This document shows positions 1-7,871 of a DNA stretch of 64,000 nucleotides, piece after piece (the first letter of the stretch is position 1; each line of letters opens with the position of its first letter). The position numbers and the translations under genes are program-made. The notes under the pieces were generated by a model, which saw only the letters and a program-made list of their open reading frames with translations, ran no database searches and had not been told where the DNA came from. The DNA comes from Deinococcales bacterium (GTDB lineage Bacteria > Deinococcota > Deinococci > Deinococcales > JAAFIG01): positions 4,842 through 68,841 of the forward strand of contig JAYWGM010000092.1 in assembly GCA_043778225.1 (NCBI GenBank), read 5' to 3'.

Positions 1-1926
1 GCCCTCAAAAGCGTCACGGATTTTGGTGGAATTACCACAACCTCGAGTAACCTACGCCTTGCCACAGTTGCGACCTATGCCCAATCGGTGCGCCCTAGCC
101 AAGCCATGAGTGGTAACGGCACAGTTGCTGTGGTCGCAGGACAAGAGGATTTGGCATTATTTACCGAATACGACCTGAACGCCATGACCACAACCGCAGG
201 AGCAGCCCTTGCAAGCGGTGAATACCTTTTGCCTTATGGCTTTACAGTGCGTGATTTAGCCGCCCCAACTGCTGCCACCCAACGCACGATTACTGCCAGC
301 AACAGCGCTGACACTGGAACGGTCACACTGGCAATGGGTGTGAATGGCACGAACGAACCAACTGTTCCAACTGCCTACCGTTTTAGTTACACCGCACTGG
401 TTTTTGAAAATCCAACACCAGTTACCCAAGTTTCGGCTAGTCTCGAGGAAAAACCAAGTGCTTCTGTGGTTTCACGCCGTGGTGGACTTGCCCCTGCCGA
501 AGCGGTAACGCTGTACTCTTCGAGCCAGAATCAATTGGCAGACTTTGCTTTGCATCAAAACGGAGAGTACGCCAATGCTTGCCAAGTGCGAATTGCTGGA
601 ACTGCCACAGTCCCAGAAGCCTACTTAGAAAGTGTTGCCCCAAGTGTTATCTCGAGTCAACTTAATCCTTGCTTTGGCGGTGGCGGTTTACACACGGTTA
701 ATAATGGTCAACGCTACATCAACACCGACGTTGCGGTTCTATCCGATGGTCGAATTGCCACTGTAGGACAGTACGGTTCTGGTACGACCACGACTGGTTC
801 GTATGCCAGTATGGTTTTGCCAGATGGTTCACGCCAAGCCCTGCGTTCAATTAACGCGCACACCACCAGCACAGGCAATACCTTTTACACCAGTATTGCC
901 GTAGATTCACAAAACCGCATTATTCGGGCGGGCTACACCGAGGATTTAGGCGTGACAGCACTGGTGATTGGACGCAATTTGCCCGATGCAACCCTTTCTA
1001 ACGATACGACCTTCTCGAGCATTGACCATGTAATCACCACAATTCATGCTGCAACAGGTTCAGAACACGTGATTAACGACATTGCCGTGCAATCCGATGA
1101 TAAAATTGTGGCTGTCGGACGAGTCAAAAATGGTACGGCTGGCAATAACGATGTATTCCTGATACGGTACAACACCAATGGTACACTCGATACCACATTT
1201 AACACCACGGGCTATGTGATAGACGATGTGGATGGCGGTAGCTTAGACAACCAAGCGCTCAGTGTGCTGATAGACTCGAGCGGAAAAATTATTTTGGGTG
1301 GTAAACAAAATAATCCTGGTGCTTTTTTAATGATGCGGTTCACCAGTGCAGGCGCTCGAGACAATACTTTTAACAGCATTGGGCATAAAATTCAAGGCAT
1401 TACCAACGGCACGGATGATGCCGCTAATAGTATTGCGCTGCAAGGCACAAAAATCTTGTTTTCTGGATACACCAATCCAAATTCAACCCAAACGGGTTTG
1501 GCGGTGCTGCGAATCAATAATGATGGTACTTTAGACACAACTTTTGGCACAGGTGGCGAACTGATTTACACCAGCATCAATCCTTCTCGAGTCCGTGCCA
1601 ATAAAATTGTTGTTCAGCCCAATAATCGCTTTCTTATTGCCGGAACTTTAGAAGGACCCGGTAATTTAGCTTCGGCTTTTGTAGCTCGTTACTTAGCTGA
1701 TGGCGCACCCGAAAATACGTTTAACAGCACTGGAGTCCCTGCATTATATATCCAAAAATACGAATTTATGACCAATCAAAATGCGTATAAAGCAGGGGTT
1801 CATTCAGCCTTGCTTCTTGGAACACCGACCAATGGCAAATTGTTAATCGCTGGCTACTTCATGGATTCAAACATTCTAGGAAATCGTCGGGGAATGTTAG
1901 CTCAAGTCAACCTTGGCGCGAACTAA
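1..1926 (+). CDS. delta-60 repeat domain protein; 5' end probably lies outside the window
   Basis: Frame 1 is open from nt 1, with no stop before GTG 88 or ATG 106, and the in-window starts have no signal peptide. The C-terminal half carries repeated 'DGTLDTTFxxxG' and 'NTFNSxG' units typical of delta-60 repeats. A hairpin terminator follows. Confidence 0.6.
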   Translation, partial: ALKSVTDFGGITTTSSNLRLATVATYAQSVRPSQAMSGNGTVAVVAGQEDLALFTEYDLNAMTTTAGAALASGEYLLPYGFTVRDLAAPTAATQRTITASNSADTGTVTLAMGVNGTNEPTVPTAYRFSYTALVFENPTPVTQVSASLEEKPSASVVSRRGGLAPAEAVTLYSSSQNQLADFALHQNGEYANACQVRIAGTATVPEAYLESVAPSVISSQLNPCFGGGGLHTVNNGQRYINTDVAVLSDGRIATVGQYGSGTTTTGSYASMVLPDGSRQALRSINAHTTSTGNTFYTSIAVDSQNRIIRAGYTEDLGVTALVIGRNLPDATLSNDTTFSSIDHVITTIHAATGSEHVINDIAVQSDDKIVAVGRVKNGTAGNNDVFLIRYNTNGTLDTTFNTTGYVIDDVDGGSLDNQALSVLIDSSGKIILGGKQNNPGAFLMMRFTSAGARDNTFNSIGHKIQGITNGTDDAANSIALQGTKILFSGYTNPNSTQTGLAVLRINNDGTLDTTFGTGGELIYTSINPSRVRANKIVVQPNNRFLIAGTLEGPGNLASAFVARYLADGAPENTFNSTGVPALYIQKYEFMTNQNAYKAGVHSALLLGTPTNGKLLIAGYFMDSNILGNRRGMLAQVNLGAN

Positions 1927-1945
1927 AAAAATAAATTCTCGAGTG

Positions 1946-1982
1946 GGTCATTGGATTTATCCAATGACCTATTATTTTTTTG
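1946..1982 (+). terminator. rho-independent terminator (possibly bidirectional)
   Basis: 10-bp stem GGTCATTGGA/TCCAATGACC with a TTTA loop, followed by TATTATTTTTTT. An A-run precedes it. Confidence 0.7.
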
Positions 1983-1992
1983 AAGGGTTTTT

Positions 1993-2340
1993 TTAATCGG
2001 CAGCCTCAGCCAAACCAGTATTGACCACCACACCGTCTACAAATAAAACCCCAGTCCCGTGTTCAATATCCCAAGTGCATTCAAACTCGAGACCCCAAGA
2101 ATTAGATTTGTGCAATAAAAGGCGCGGAAAACTCAGCAGCGCCTCGAACTCGGTTATGTTTTGAACCTTCGGAGCAAGTTCTGGCACTCCAAAATAATCC
2201 AAAGCGGAAGAATGGTAATACTCGAGCAGTGCCTCGAGTGCCAATTGTTTGTACTTTTCTGGCTGATGAATGGTACAACGTGATAAATTGAAAGCCATGA
2301 ACTCAAGTGCTGCTAAACCTAAGGACATAGACCAGTACAT
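1993..2340 (-). CDS. hypothetical protein (start uncertain; ATG 2340, 2328 or 2298)
   Basis: 115-aa ORF with no motif I recognise. The longest form overlaps the divergent DUF1801 gene, so the ATG at 2298 may be the real start. Confidence 0.4.
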   Translation of the reverse strand: MYWSMSLGLAALEFMAFNLSRCTIHQPEKYKQLALEALLEYYHSSALDYFGVPELAPKVQNITEFEALLSFPRLLLHKSNSWGLEFECTWDIEHGTGVLFVDGVVVNTGLAEAAD

Positions 2341-2665
2341 TGCTGGTTTCCCAGCAGAAATTCAAATAATTCTCGAGCAAGTCCGAAAAGTCATTGCAAA
2401 AGCTGCTCCAGACGCAAAAGAAATCATCAGCTATGGAATGCCAACCTTTACCCTGAACGGAAATTTAGTGCATTTTGCAGCCTTTAAGAACCACATCGGT
2501 TTGTATTCTATGCCAAGTGCCACAACCGAATTTCAGCAAGAACTCCTTATTTACAAAAGTGGTAAAGGTTCAATTCAATTTCTGCTCGAGAAACCCATGC
2601 CACTCGAGTTGATTCGGCGCATTGTTATGTTACGAATCCAAGAAAATTTGGCAAAGAAAAAATAG
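2297..2665 (+). CDS. DUF1801 (YdhG-like) domain protein
   Basis: 'DIDQYIAGFPAEIQIILEQVRKVI...ISYGMPTF...LVHFAAFKNHIGLY' matches the DUF1801/YdhG pattern. The internal ATG at 2297 is preferred to the ORF-track start at 2270. Confidence 0.6.
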   Translation: MNSSAAKPKDIDQYIAGFPAEIQIILEQVRKVIAKAAPDAKEIISYGMPTFTLNGNLVHFAAFKNHIGLYSMPSATTEFQQELLIYKSGKGSIQFLLEKPMPLELIRRIVMLRIQENLAKKK

Positions 2666-2968
2666 GCAACAAGAATTTTGTTGTGAAGTAAGCCCATGAA
2701 ACTTTGTAGCGTGGCAGATGGACAAGAGCGCAACCATCTAGCCAATTACCAACGAGTTTTAGTCGAAGTCTGCCGAAAGTATGCCAAACAACGTCAGCCT
2801 CGTTCAGCATGGCAAAAGTTCTGGCTCGAGTGCTGTATTAAGCTGCAAGTGTTCATCAACCTCAAAAAAATGTATTCATCAAGCAAACACTACTTTGGTA
2901 CTTTGAACAAGCAGAAATGAGAATACAAACCTTAAAAATATCATGTTGGTTTGGGATTCGCACTGCTT

Positions 2969-2998
2969 GACTCGAGCCACCAGCTTTCAAGCATGATG
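2969..2998. repeat. partial copy (C) of the 44-bp cassette-associated repeat
   Basis: Shares the 15-nt core CTCGAGCCACCAGCT (2971-2985) and a ..AAGCATGA tail with copies A and B. Confidence 0.6.
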
Positions 2999-3021
2999 AT
3001 TTGAAAAGAGGTAAACCCAGA

Positions 3022-3261
3022 TTACGCCAGTACATCCTCAGCATCAGGGGCGACATTAGGCACAGATTGCAAAGCAGCTAAGAATTTTTCTCGAGAACCA
3101 CGTTGGCTGCGTTCCTCGAGAATGGTTTGAGTCTCAAGGGCGCTTAGTTTCTCAGCAACAGCCGTAGCAATTAAAGAATTAAGACTAATACCTTCATGTT
3201 CAGATAATTTCTTTAATTCCCGATGAACCGTGGTTGGTAAACGAACACTTAAAGTTGTCAT
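3022..3261 (-). CDS. ribbon-helix-helix/HicB-like antitoxin
   Basis: 'MTTLSVRLPTTVHRELKKLSEHEGISLNSLIATAV' is an RHH-type N-terminus. There is a 4-nt overlap with the upstream PIN gene. Confidence 0.65.
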   Translation of the reverse strand: MTTLSVRLPTTVHRELKKLSEHEGISLNSLIATAVAEKLSALETQTILEERSQRGSREKFLAALQSVPNVAPDAEDVLA

Positions 3262-3671
3262 GATTTGCTCCTTTGCAAAAACTCAAACGGACGAATGGTT
3301 TTAACTCCAAATTTATCTGAATCACGAAAGTCTCGGATATTGTAAGTCACAATGTAATCAGACCTAGCGTGCCATGCCAACTCGAGCAAGTGATCGTCTT
3401 TTGGGTCGCGCACGGCTGGTCGCCAAGTATAATAAAGACGTGGTTTAGTGGCAACACTGGCAAGATAATCGAGGACATCTTCAATGCTTTCATGACTAAG
3501 AGGAATTTTCATTTCTGGGCGTTTAAGAACATCTTCGTACTCGAGAATTAGGGCAGTCGAAAGGGCAATAGTAAATTCTTGTTGATACAGCTTAGTCAGG
3601 ATTTGAAAAGCACTTCCTTGGTTTGAACGTAAGCCTGAAACTAAGATGTTGGTGTCAAGCACAACTTGCAT
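3258..3671 (-). CDS. PIN-domain toxin (VapC-like)
   Basis: 'VVLDTNILVSGL' is an N-terminal acidic PIN motif. The protein is 137 aa and is translationally coupled to the antitoxin ORF. Confidence 0.7.
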   Translation of the reverse strand: MQVVLDTNILVSGLRSNQGSAFQILTKLYQQEFTIALSTALILEYEDVLKRPEMKIPLSHESIEDVLDYLASVATKPRLYYTWRPAVRDPKDDHLLELAWHARSDYIVTYNIRDFRDSDKFGVKTIRPFEFLQRSKS

Positions 3672-3728
3672 AAATTATGGTAGCACAGATAGTACCAATC
3701 TACAAGTGCTTCAAGATTCTCGAGAATA

Positions 3729-3772
3729 GGCTTTTATGGCTCAAGCTACCAGCCAAAAGCGTGATGCTCGAG
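3729..3772. repeat. 44-bp cassette-associated repeat, copy A
   Basis: GGCTTTTATGGCTCAAGCTACCAGCCAAAAGCGTGATGCTCGAG is 39/44 identical to copy B. It starts 2 nt past the RelE/ParE-like stop codon. Confidence 0.8.
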
Positions 3773-3776
3773 TGGA

Positions 3777-4037
3777 TTAACCGCGTTTAAGCAAGCGCTC
3801 GTACTCGTTGTGTCGTCCTATCCAAAACCAAACAATTCCAATTTTGTCATCTAAACCAAGAGCGCGATAATCATCCGTGATTCTAACCGACCATAAACGC
3901 CCAATGGGTTTTAACTGCAAACTTGGATGACGTGGATTTTCTTTGAGTAAGGCATAATTTTTGTCTGCCAGCATTTGAATTTCGGGCGGTAATTGATGAT
4001 AAAAATCCCAGAAACTTGGACGGGTAAAGTGATTCAC
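3777..4037 (-). CDS. RelE/ParE-family type II toxin
   Basis: 86 aa; 'HPSLQLKPI...WSVRITDDYRALG...IVWFWIGRHNEYERLL' is the typical toxin-fold signature. There is a 4-nt overlap with the upstream small acidic ORF. Confidence 0.65.
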   Translation of the reverse strand: MNHFTRPSFWDFYHQLPPEIQMLADKNYALLKENPRHPSLQLKPIGRLWSVRITDDYRALGLDDKIGIVWFWIGRHNEYERLLKRG

Positions 4038-4249
4038 AGGGCTTTGATATTTCCAGAGTCAATATCGGTTTTTACAGCTTGGAGCAAAGCATCAAAATGA
4101 CCTGCTTCTAGGTCGGCTGCAATTTGTGCATCCCAAGTGTCTGCCTCGAGTTGCCGAATCCAACGGGCAAATTCAAGCAATTCGGTGCTTTCAAGTTTTT
4201 TGGTATTTTCTTTGAGTTCAACTAAGCTCATGAATGTATCGTACAACAT
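4034..4249 (-). CDS. putative antitoxin (addiction module component)
   Basis: 71-aa acidic protein placed immediately upstream of, and overlapping, the RelE/ParE-like toxin. Confidence 0.5.
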   Translation of the reverse strand: MLYDTFMSLVELKENTKKLESTELLEFARWIRQLEADTWDAQIAADLEAGHFDALLQAVKTDIDSGNIKAL

Positions 4250-4287
4250 AAATTACAGATTGGAAGTTTGTGTTACTTTTGAGGACT

Positions 4288-4331
4288 GGGTTTTATGGCT
4301 CGAGCCACCAGCTAAAAGCGTGAAGCTCGAG
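4288..4331. repeat. 44-bp cassette-associated repeat, copy B
   Basis: GGGTTTTATGGCTCGAGCCACCAGCTAAAAGCGTGAAGCTCGAG contains the 12-bp perfect palindrome TGGCTCGAGCCA. It lies about 25 nt past the nucleotidyltransferase stop. Confidence 0.8.
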
Positions 4332-4355
4332 GCAGTGGGTCTGCCTTTTGAATAA

Positions 4356-5069
4356 CTAATCGAGTACAGTTTGTTTTTGGCTTTTGTACTCGATTGATTG
4401 CAATGGTGTAACCACACAAGCCAAAGCCTCAAGCGCTAGTTGCTTTTGCTGACGGCTGGAGTCTTCTAAGACGACTTTTGCCAAATCAGCAAGTTCTGAA
4501 TTTCGTCCTCGCAAATCCTGCAAAATGCTTTTTGGTCTTACTTCCCACCACCCCAATGTTTGATAAATCGCTTTAAGGATAAACACCAAAGCCTGAGGCA
4601 GAATATAATTATATGCCTCCGTCATTATGACACTGCGTGTCTCGAGGACGCATTCCATTGTGTTAAAGCGTATAAACTCGAGTTCGCTCGGGTCAACCAC
4701 TGGTGGCTTAGACAAAATCTCTTGAGCTAAATTCTGTAGCTTCTCGAGTTCTGGGTGCGCCAAAATTGTCACACCAGTGGCAAGCATATGCAGCGCAGCA
4801 GCGTCTGTGACGATGGTTTTCTGTAAAAATTTGGTCGGGTTAAAAAAGTATTCTACTGGCGTTTGTTCGAGCAGCCAGCAACCTCGCCAGCGCTTTTTGC
4901 CATTGGTAACGATGTAAAAATCGAGGTCGGAAAATTCGTTGGCACTACCACTTGCCACAGAGCCAGCCAAGACAAAGCCAAGCACTTCGGGATGTTCACG
5001 AATTTTGGCAATTGCAGTCTCGGCGGCTTTGGCAAAACGTGGTGGCAGACTTTCAAAAAGCTTTTTCAA
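4356..5069 (-). CDS. nucleotidyltransferase-domain protein (KNTase/aminoglycoside NTase-like)
   Basis: 'GFVLAGSVASGSANEFSDLDFYIV' is the G[SG]-x9-12-DhD polymerase-beta-type NTase motif. The C-terminal half is helical. Confidence 0.65.
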   Translation of the reverse strand: MKKLFESLPPRFAKAAETAIAKIREHPEVLGFVLAGSVASGSANEFSDLDFYIVTNGKKRWRGCWLLEQTPVEYFFNPTKFLQKTIVTDAAALHMLATGVTILAHPELEKLQNLAQEILSKPPVVDPSELEFIRFNTMECVLETRSVIMTEAYNYILPQALVFILKAIYQTLGWWEVRPKSILQDLRGRNSELADLAKVVLEDSSRQQKQLALEALACVVTPLQSIEYKSQKQTVLD

Positions 5070-5075
5070 TGTTGA

Positions 5076-5099
5076 ACCCCTCGAGAATTCTCGAGGGGT
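5076..5099. repeat. perfect 24-bp palindrome ACCCCTCGAGAATTCTCGAGGGGT
   Basis: Contains two CTCGAG copies around a GAATTC centre. It sits between the rplI stop (5118) and the NTase start (5069) and is a possible hairpin/terminator. Confidence 0.8.
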
Positions 5100-5117
5100 A
5101 TTGTACTGCTTTTATCT

Positions 5118-5573
5118 TTATAACGCGGTTACATTCAACTTCAAAGGAATCGGCACTTCTGGATGTGGCTTGTAAACCACGCCGTATTCGCCTAGGTCTT
5201 TGATGGCTTTGCCCATTTCAATTTTGCGCTTGTCTATTGCCAAGCCTGTTTGTTGTTCTACAGCATCAGCTACCATTTGATTGGTGACAGCGCCGTAAAT
5301 TTTACCTTCGCCAGCTTTGACTTTCAGTTCCACGACAATTTCGGCAAATTGACCAGCCAATTTTTCGGCATCGGTCTTAATCGCTTCTAAGCGCTTGACT
5401 TTGGCGCGTAGCTGCATCTCGAGGTTCTTGAGATTGCTTGGGGTTGCATAGGCTACCAAGCCACGTGGCACAAGGAAATTACGGGCGTAGCCGGGGCGTA
5501 CTTCGATGATGTTGCCAGTTGTTCCGAGCTTATTAACTGGCTCGAGAAGAATCACTTTGGAGTTCTTAGACAT
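5118..5573 (-). CDS. rplI: 50S ribosomal protein L9
   Basis: '[34 protein letters not shown]' is the L9 N-domain. It is the last gene of the rpsF-ssb-rpsR-rplI operon. Confidence 0.95.
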   Translation of the reverse strand: [151 protein letters not shown]

Positions 5574-5585
5574 AATGATTCCTCC

Positions 5586-5945
5586 TTATTTCCGCACGAG
5601 CTTGTCGGTGAATGGCAGTAAAGCAATCATCCGAGCGCGTTTAATCGTCAGCGCCAAACGGCGTTGGTTCTTGGCGTTGACCCCAGTGCGGCGGCGCGGC
5701 AGAATCCGACCAGTGTCGGAAACAAAGCGGCGCAGCATTTTGGCATCGTGGTAGTCCGTGACCTCGAGTTCACCCGTTTTGAAGGGGTCAACTTTCGGCT
5801 TGCGAGGACGCTTTGCGCCCTTGCCACCAGCTGCTCCGCCGCGCTTGTCGCCACGGTCGTTGTCGCGGTCGTTGCGGTCAGAACTGCGGTCTGAATTGCG
5901 GTCTCGAGAACCGCTGTTGCGATTGTTGGGTTTTCCTGCGGGCAT
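5586..5945 (-). CDS. rpsR: 30S ribosomal protein S18 with a long low-complexity N-terminal extension
   Basis: The C-terminal 'DYHDAKMLRRFVSDTGRILPRRRTGVNAKNQRRLALTIKRARMIALLPF' is the S18 core. The first ~50 aa are R/D/N/S/G-rich. Confidence 0.9.
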   Translation of the reverse strand: MPAGKPNNRNSGSRDRNSDRSSDRNDRDNDRGDKRGGAAGGKGAKRPRKPKVDPFKTGELEVTDYHDAKMLRRFVSDTGRILPRRRTGVNAKNQRRLALTIKRARMIALLPFTDKLVRK

Positions 5946-5954
5946 ATAAAACTC

Positions 5955-6848
5955 CTAAAATGGTAAATCTTCTTCTGGCGGGAAATCTTGTAAGCCGTCA
6001 TCAATGTCTGGTTTTGCACGGGACCCTGCGACTGGCGCAGACTGCTGTTGGGCAGCTGCGGCGGTGCGCGTCGGAGCGTAACCGCCGGCTTGGCGATTCG
6101 ACCCAGAGGTGGTTCCTAAACTGCCAGCAGTTCCGGGACCGCGAGCCAGTATTTCAATACGTCTTCCTTCAACACGGGTGGTTGATCTTTTATTACCTTC
6201 ACGGTCAGTCCAAGATTCGTTGACAAGTCTGCCCAAGACCATAATCGGGTCGCCTTTTTTGAGTTCTCCGGCGGCTTCGGCGAGGTCGCGCCACAAATTA
6301 ACCTCGACATAATGGGTTTTTTCTTGCCAGTTTCCAGTCTTGTCTTTCCAAGATTCATTGACAGCAATCGAAATGGTGGTAACAGCATCGCCATTTGGGG
6401 TGTAACGAAGTTCGGAATCTCGGGTTAAATTGCCGATTAAGACCACTTCGTTGAGGGCATTGGTCAAGCGCTTTCCACCAACACTGTCGGTCACAAGTGG
6501 TTCGGCGCGGTTGCCATAATTGGCGACCTCGACCCTAAGCGCTTTGACATTGACGGCGCTGCGTTTTTGACCTTCTGGGGTTTCCCAAGTGCGAAACTCC
6601 AAAGAACCTTCGACCAGCACAGCATCGCCAGCTTTCATATTGCCATCGGTTAAACGTTCGGCTTGTTGTCCAAGAATACTGACGCGGTGATACCACGGCA
6701 AAACTCTGGCTCGCCCATCGTTGCCCATCACATTATCTTCGCCAGCCACCGTTAAATCTGCTACGGCGATACCACTTGGGGTATAACGTAAGTCGGGGTC
6801 TTTTGCCAACGCGCCCATCAAATAAACGTGATTTAAGCCTCTTGCCAT
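5955..6848 (-). CDS. ssb: single-stranded DNA-binding protein with two OB folds per chain
   Basis: Two SSB OB modules ('LNHVYLMGALAKDPDLRYTPSG..' and 'LNEVVLIGNLTRDSELRYTPNG..'), then a Gly/Ala/Gln linker and the acidic tail 'DDGLQDFPPEEDLPF'. Confidence 0.95.
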   Translation of the reverse strand: MARGLNHVYLMGALAKDPDLRYTPSGIAVADLTVAGEDNVMGNDGRARVLPWYHRVSILGQQAERLTDGNMKAGDAVLVEGSLEFRTWETPEGQKRSAVNVKALRVEVANYGNRAEPLVTDSVGGKRLTNALNEVVLIGNLTRDSELRYTPNGDAVTTISIAVNESWKDKTGNWQEKTHYVEVNLWRDLAEAAGELKKGDPIMVLGRLVNESWTDREGNKRSTTRVEGRRIEILARGPGTAGSLGTTSGSNRQAGGYAPTRTAAAAQQQSAPVAGSRAKPDIDDGLQDFPPEEDLPF

Positions 6849-6937
6849 GTCTTTTCCTCTTCTCGAGCCTTAGCTCTACTGGTTACTTGCCAAAATCGTC
6901 TCGAGTCTGGGTTTTGTGCTTGCTCGAGGAAAGTGCC

Positions 6938-7249
6938 TTATGCCGCCTTTTTGGTGCGCCATTCGGGACGTTGTTTAACCACCATCACACGGCGCACATG
7001 GTCGCGTAAACGCAACGATGTTTGAATCGTGTTGGTGGCAGCTTCGGGCAGGTCTAAGCGGTAGACCAAAAAGTAGGCTTGCGTGTCCTTTTTGATCGTG
7101 TAAGCCAGCTTGCGATTACCCCACTCCTCGAGTGTTGCAACGCTTCCGCCACCGTTTTTAACTGCGTTTTCGATGTACTCTTTCTCGATTGCGATTTGAC
7201 TCTGGTCAAGATTTGGGTTGAGTAGCACGTTTAAGTCGTAATTTGCCAT
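6938..7249 (-). CDS. rpsF: 30S ribosomal protein S6
   Basis: 'YDLNVLLNPNLDQSQ...WGNRKLAYTIKKDTQAYFLVY' is the S6 signature. It is the first gene of the operon. Confidence 0.95.
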   Translation of the reverse strand: MANYDLNVLLNPNLDQSQIAIEKEYIENAVKNGGGSVATLEEWGNRKLAYTIKKDTQAYFLVYRLDLPEAATNTIQTSLRLRDHVRRVMVVKQRPEWRTKKAA

Positions 7250-7307
7250 TTGTTTTTCACCTCCTTATAGACATAAAATCACACCGCGAAGAGCGGCGCG
7301 AGGCGAA

Positions 7308-7336
7308 ACTATAACAGGTCTGGCATTTTCATACAA
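7308..7336 (-). promoter_or_regulatory. candidate sigma-70 promoter of the rpsF operon
   Basis: On the minus strand: TTGTAT (7336-7331), a 17-nt spacer, then TATAGT (7313-7308). This gives a ~55-nt leader with a small GC hairpin and an AAGGAGG SD before the ATG at 7249. Confidence 0.5.
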
Positions 7337-7436
7337 GAGAGTACGCAAACCGATGCAACTTATGTTAAACTCTTCTCAATGCTAAAAGCTGTGAAATCTT
7401 TTCAAGAGCGAGCGTTATCAAAGGAGGCTACACCGA

Positions 7437-7823
7437 GTGTCAATTGAGTCTGGGGCAGTGGTAGAGGGCAAAGTCACGCGAGTTACCGATTTCGGCGCGT
7501 TCGTAGAAATTAAAGATACTGGCGAAACTGGCTTAGTTCATATTTCGCAAATCGCCCATGAATTTGTGCGGTCAGTCTCTGAACACCTCCGCGACGGTCA
7601 GGAAATAACCGTGAAAGTTCTTGGAAGGGACGAGAAGGGGAGACTGGATTTAAGCATCAAAGAACTCCAAGACACCCCCGAGGAAATCCCCAAGCCCAAA
7701 CGCATCGGCAAGCAAGCACCTGCTTTTGAAGCCAAACTCCGTGCATTTATGCGCGACGCGAAAGACCGAACCACCAGTGGCATGGGTGGCGGCGGAACGG
7801 ATAAGAAAAAGAAAAAGAAATAA
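7437..7823 (+). CDS. S1 RNA-binding domain protein (YabR / general stress protein 13-like)
   Basis: 'GAVVEGKVTRVTDFGAFVEI...GLVHISQIAHEFV' is an S1 domain. GTG start 7 nt after AAGGAGG; Lys-rich tail. Confidence 0.85.
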   Translation: MSIESGAVVEGKVTRVTDFGAFVEIKDTGETGLVHISQIAHEFVRSVSEHLRDGQEITVKVLGRDEKGRLDLSIKELQDTPEEIPKPKRIGKQAPAFEAKLRAFMRDAKDRTTSGMGGGGTDKKKKKK

Positions 7824-7830
7824 ATGTTAA

Positions 7831-7862
7831 AAGCGCCAGGCAATTTGCTTGGCGCTTTTTTT
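7831..7862. terminator. bidirectional rho-independent terminator (S1 gene / ftsY)
   Basis: Stem AAGCGCCA/TGGCGCTT followed by a T-run, placed between convergent genes. Confidence 0.65.
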
Positions 7863-7871
7863 GGCTCGAGT

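Noticed and set aside
2666-3021. Small ORFs 2696-2920 (+), 2625-2810 (-) and 2862-3056 (-) as genes.
   Set aside because: They overlap one another, have no SD or -10 context and no recognisable motif. The region is more likely non-coding or a decayed cassette.
2969-4331. Interpreting the 44-bp repeats as integron attC sites and the TA/NTase modules as integron cassettes.
   Set aside because: There is no intI gene or attI in the window. I could not find the R''/R' (RYYYAAC / GTTRRRY) core sites or the attC-type imperfect symmetry. The array abuts a core ribosomal operon. I kept it only as a 'cassette-like' observation.
7250-7307. An S6:S18-binding ribosomal leader RNA upstream of rpsF.
   Set aside because: Only a 5-bp GC hairpin is visible in the ~55-nt leader, and I cannot verify the conserved motif without a covariance-model search.
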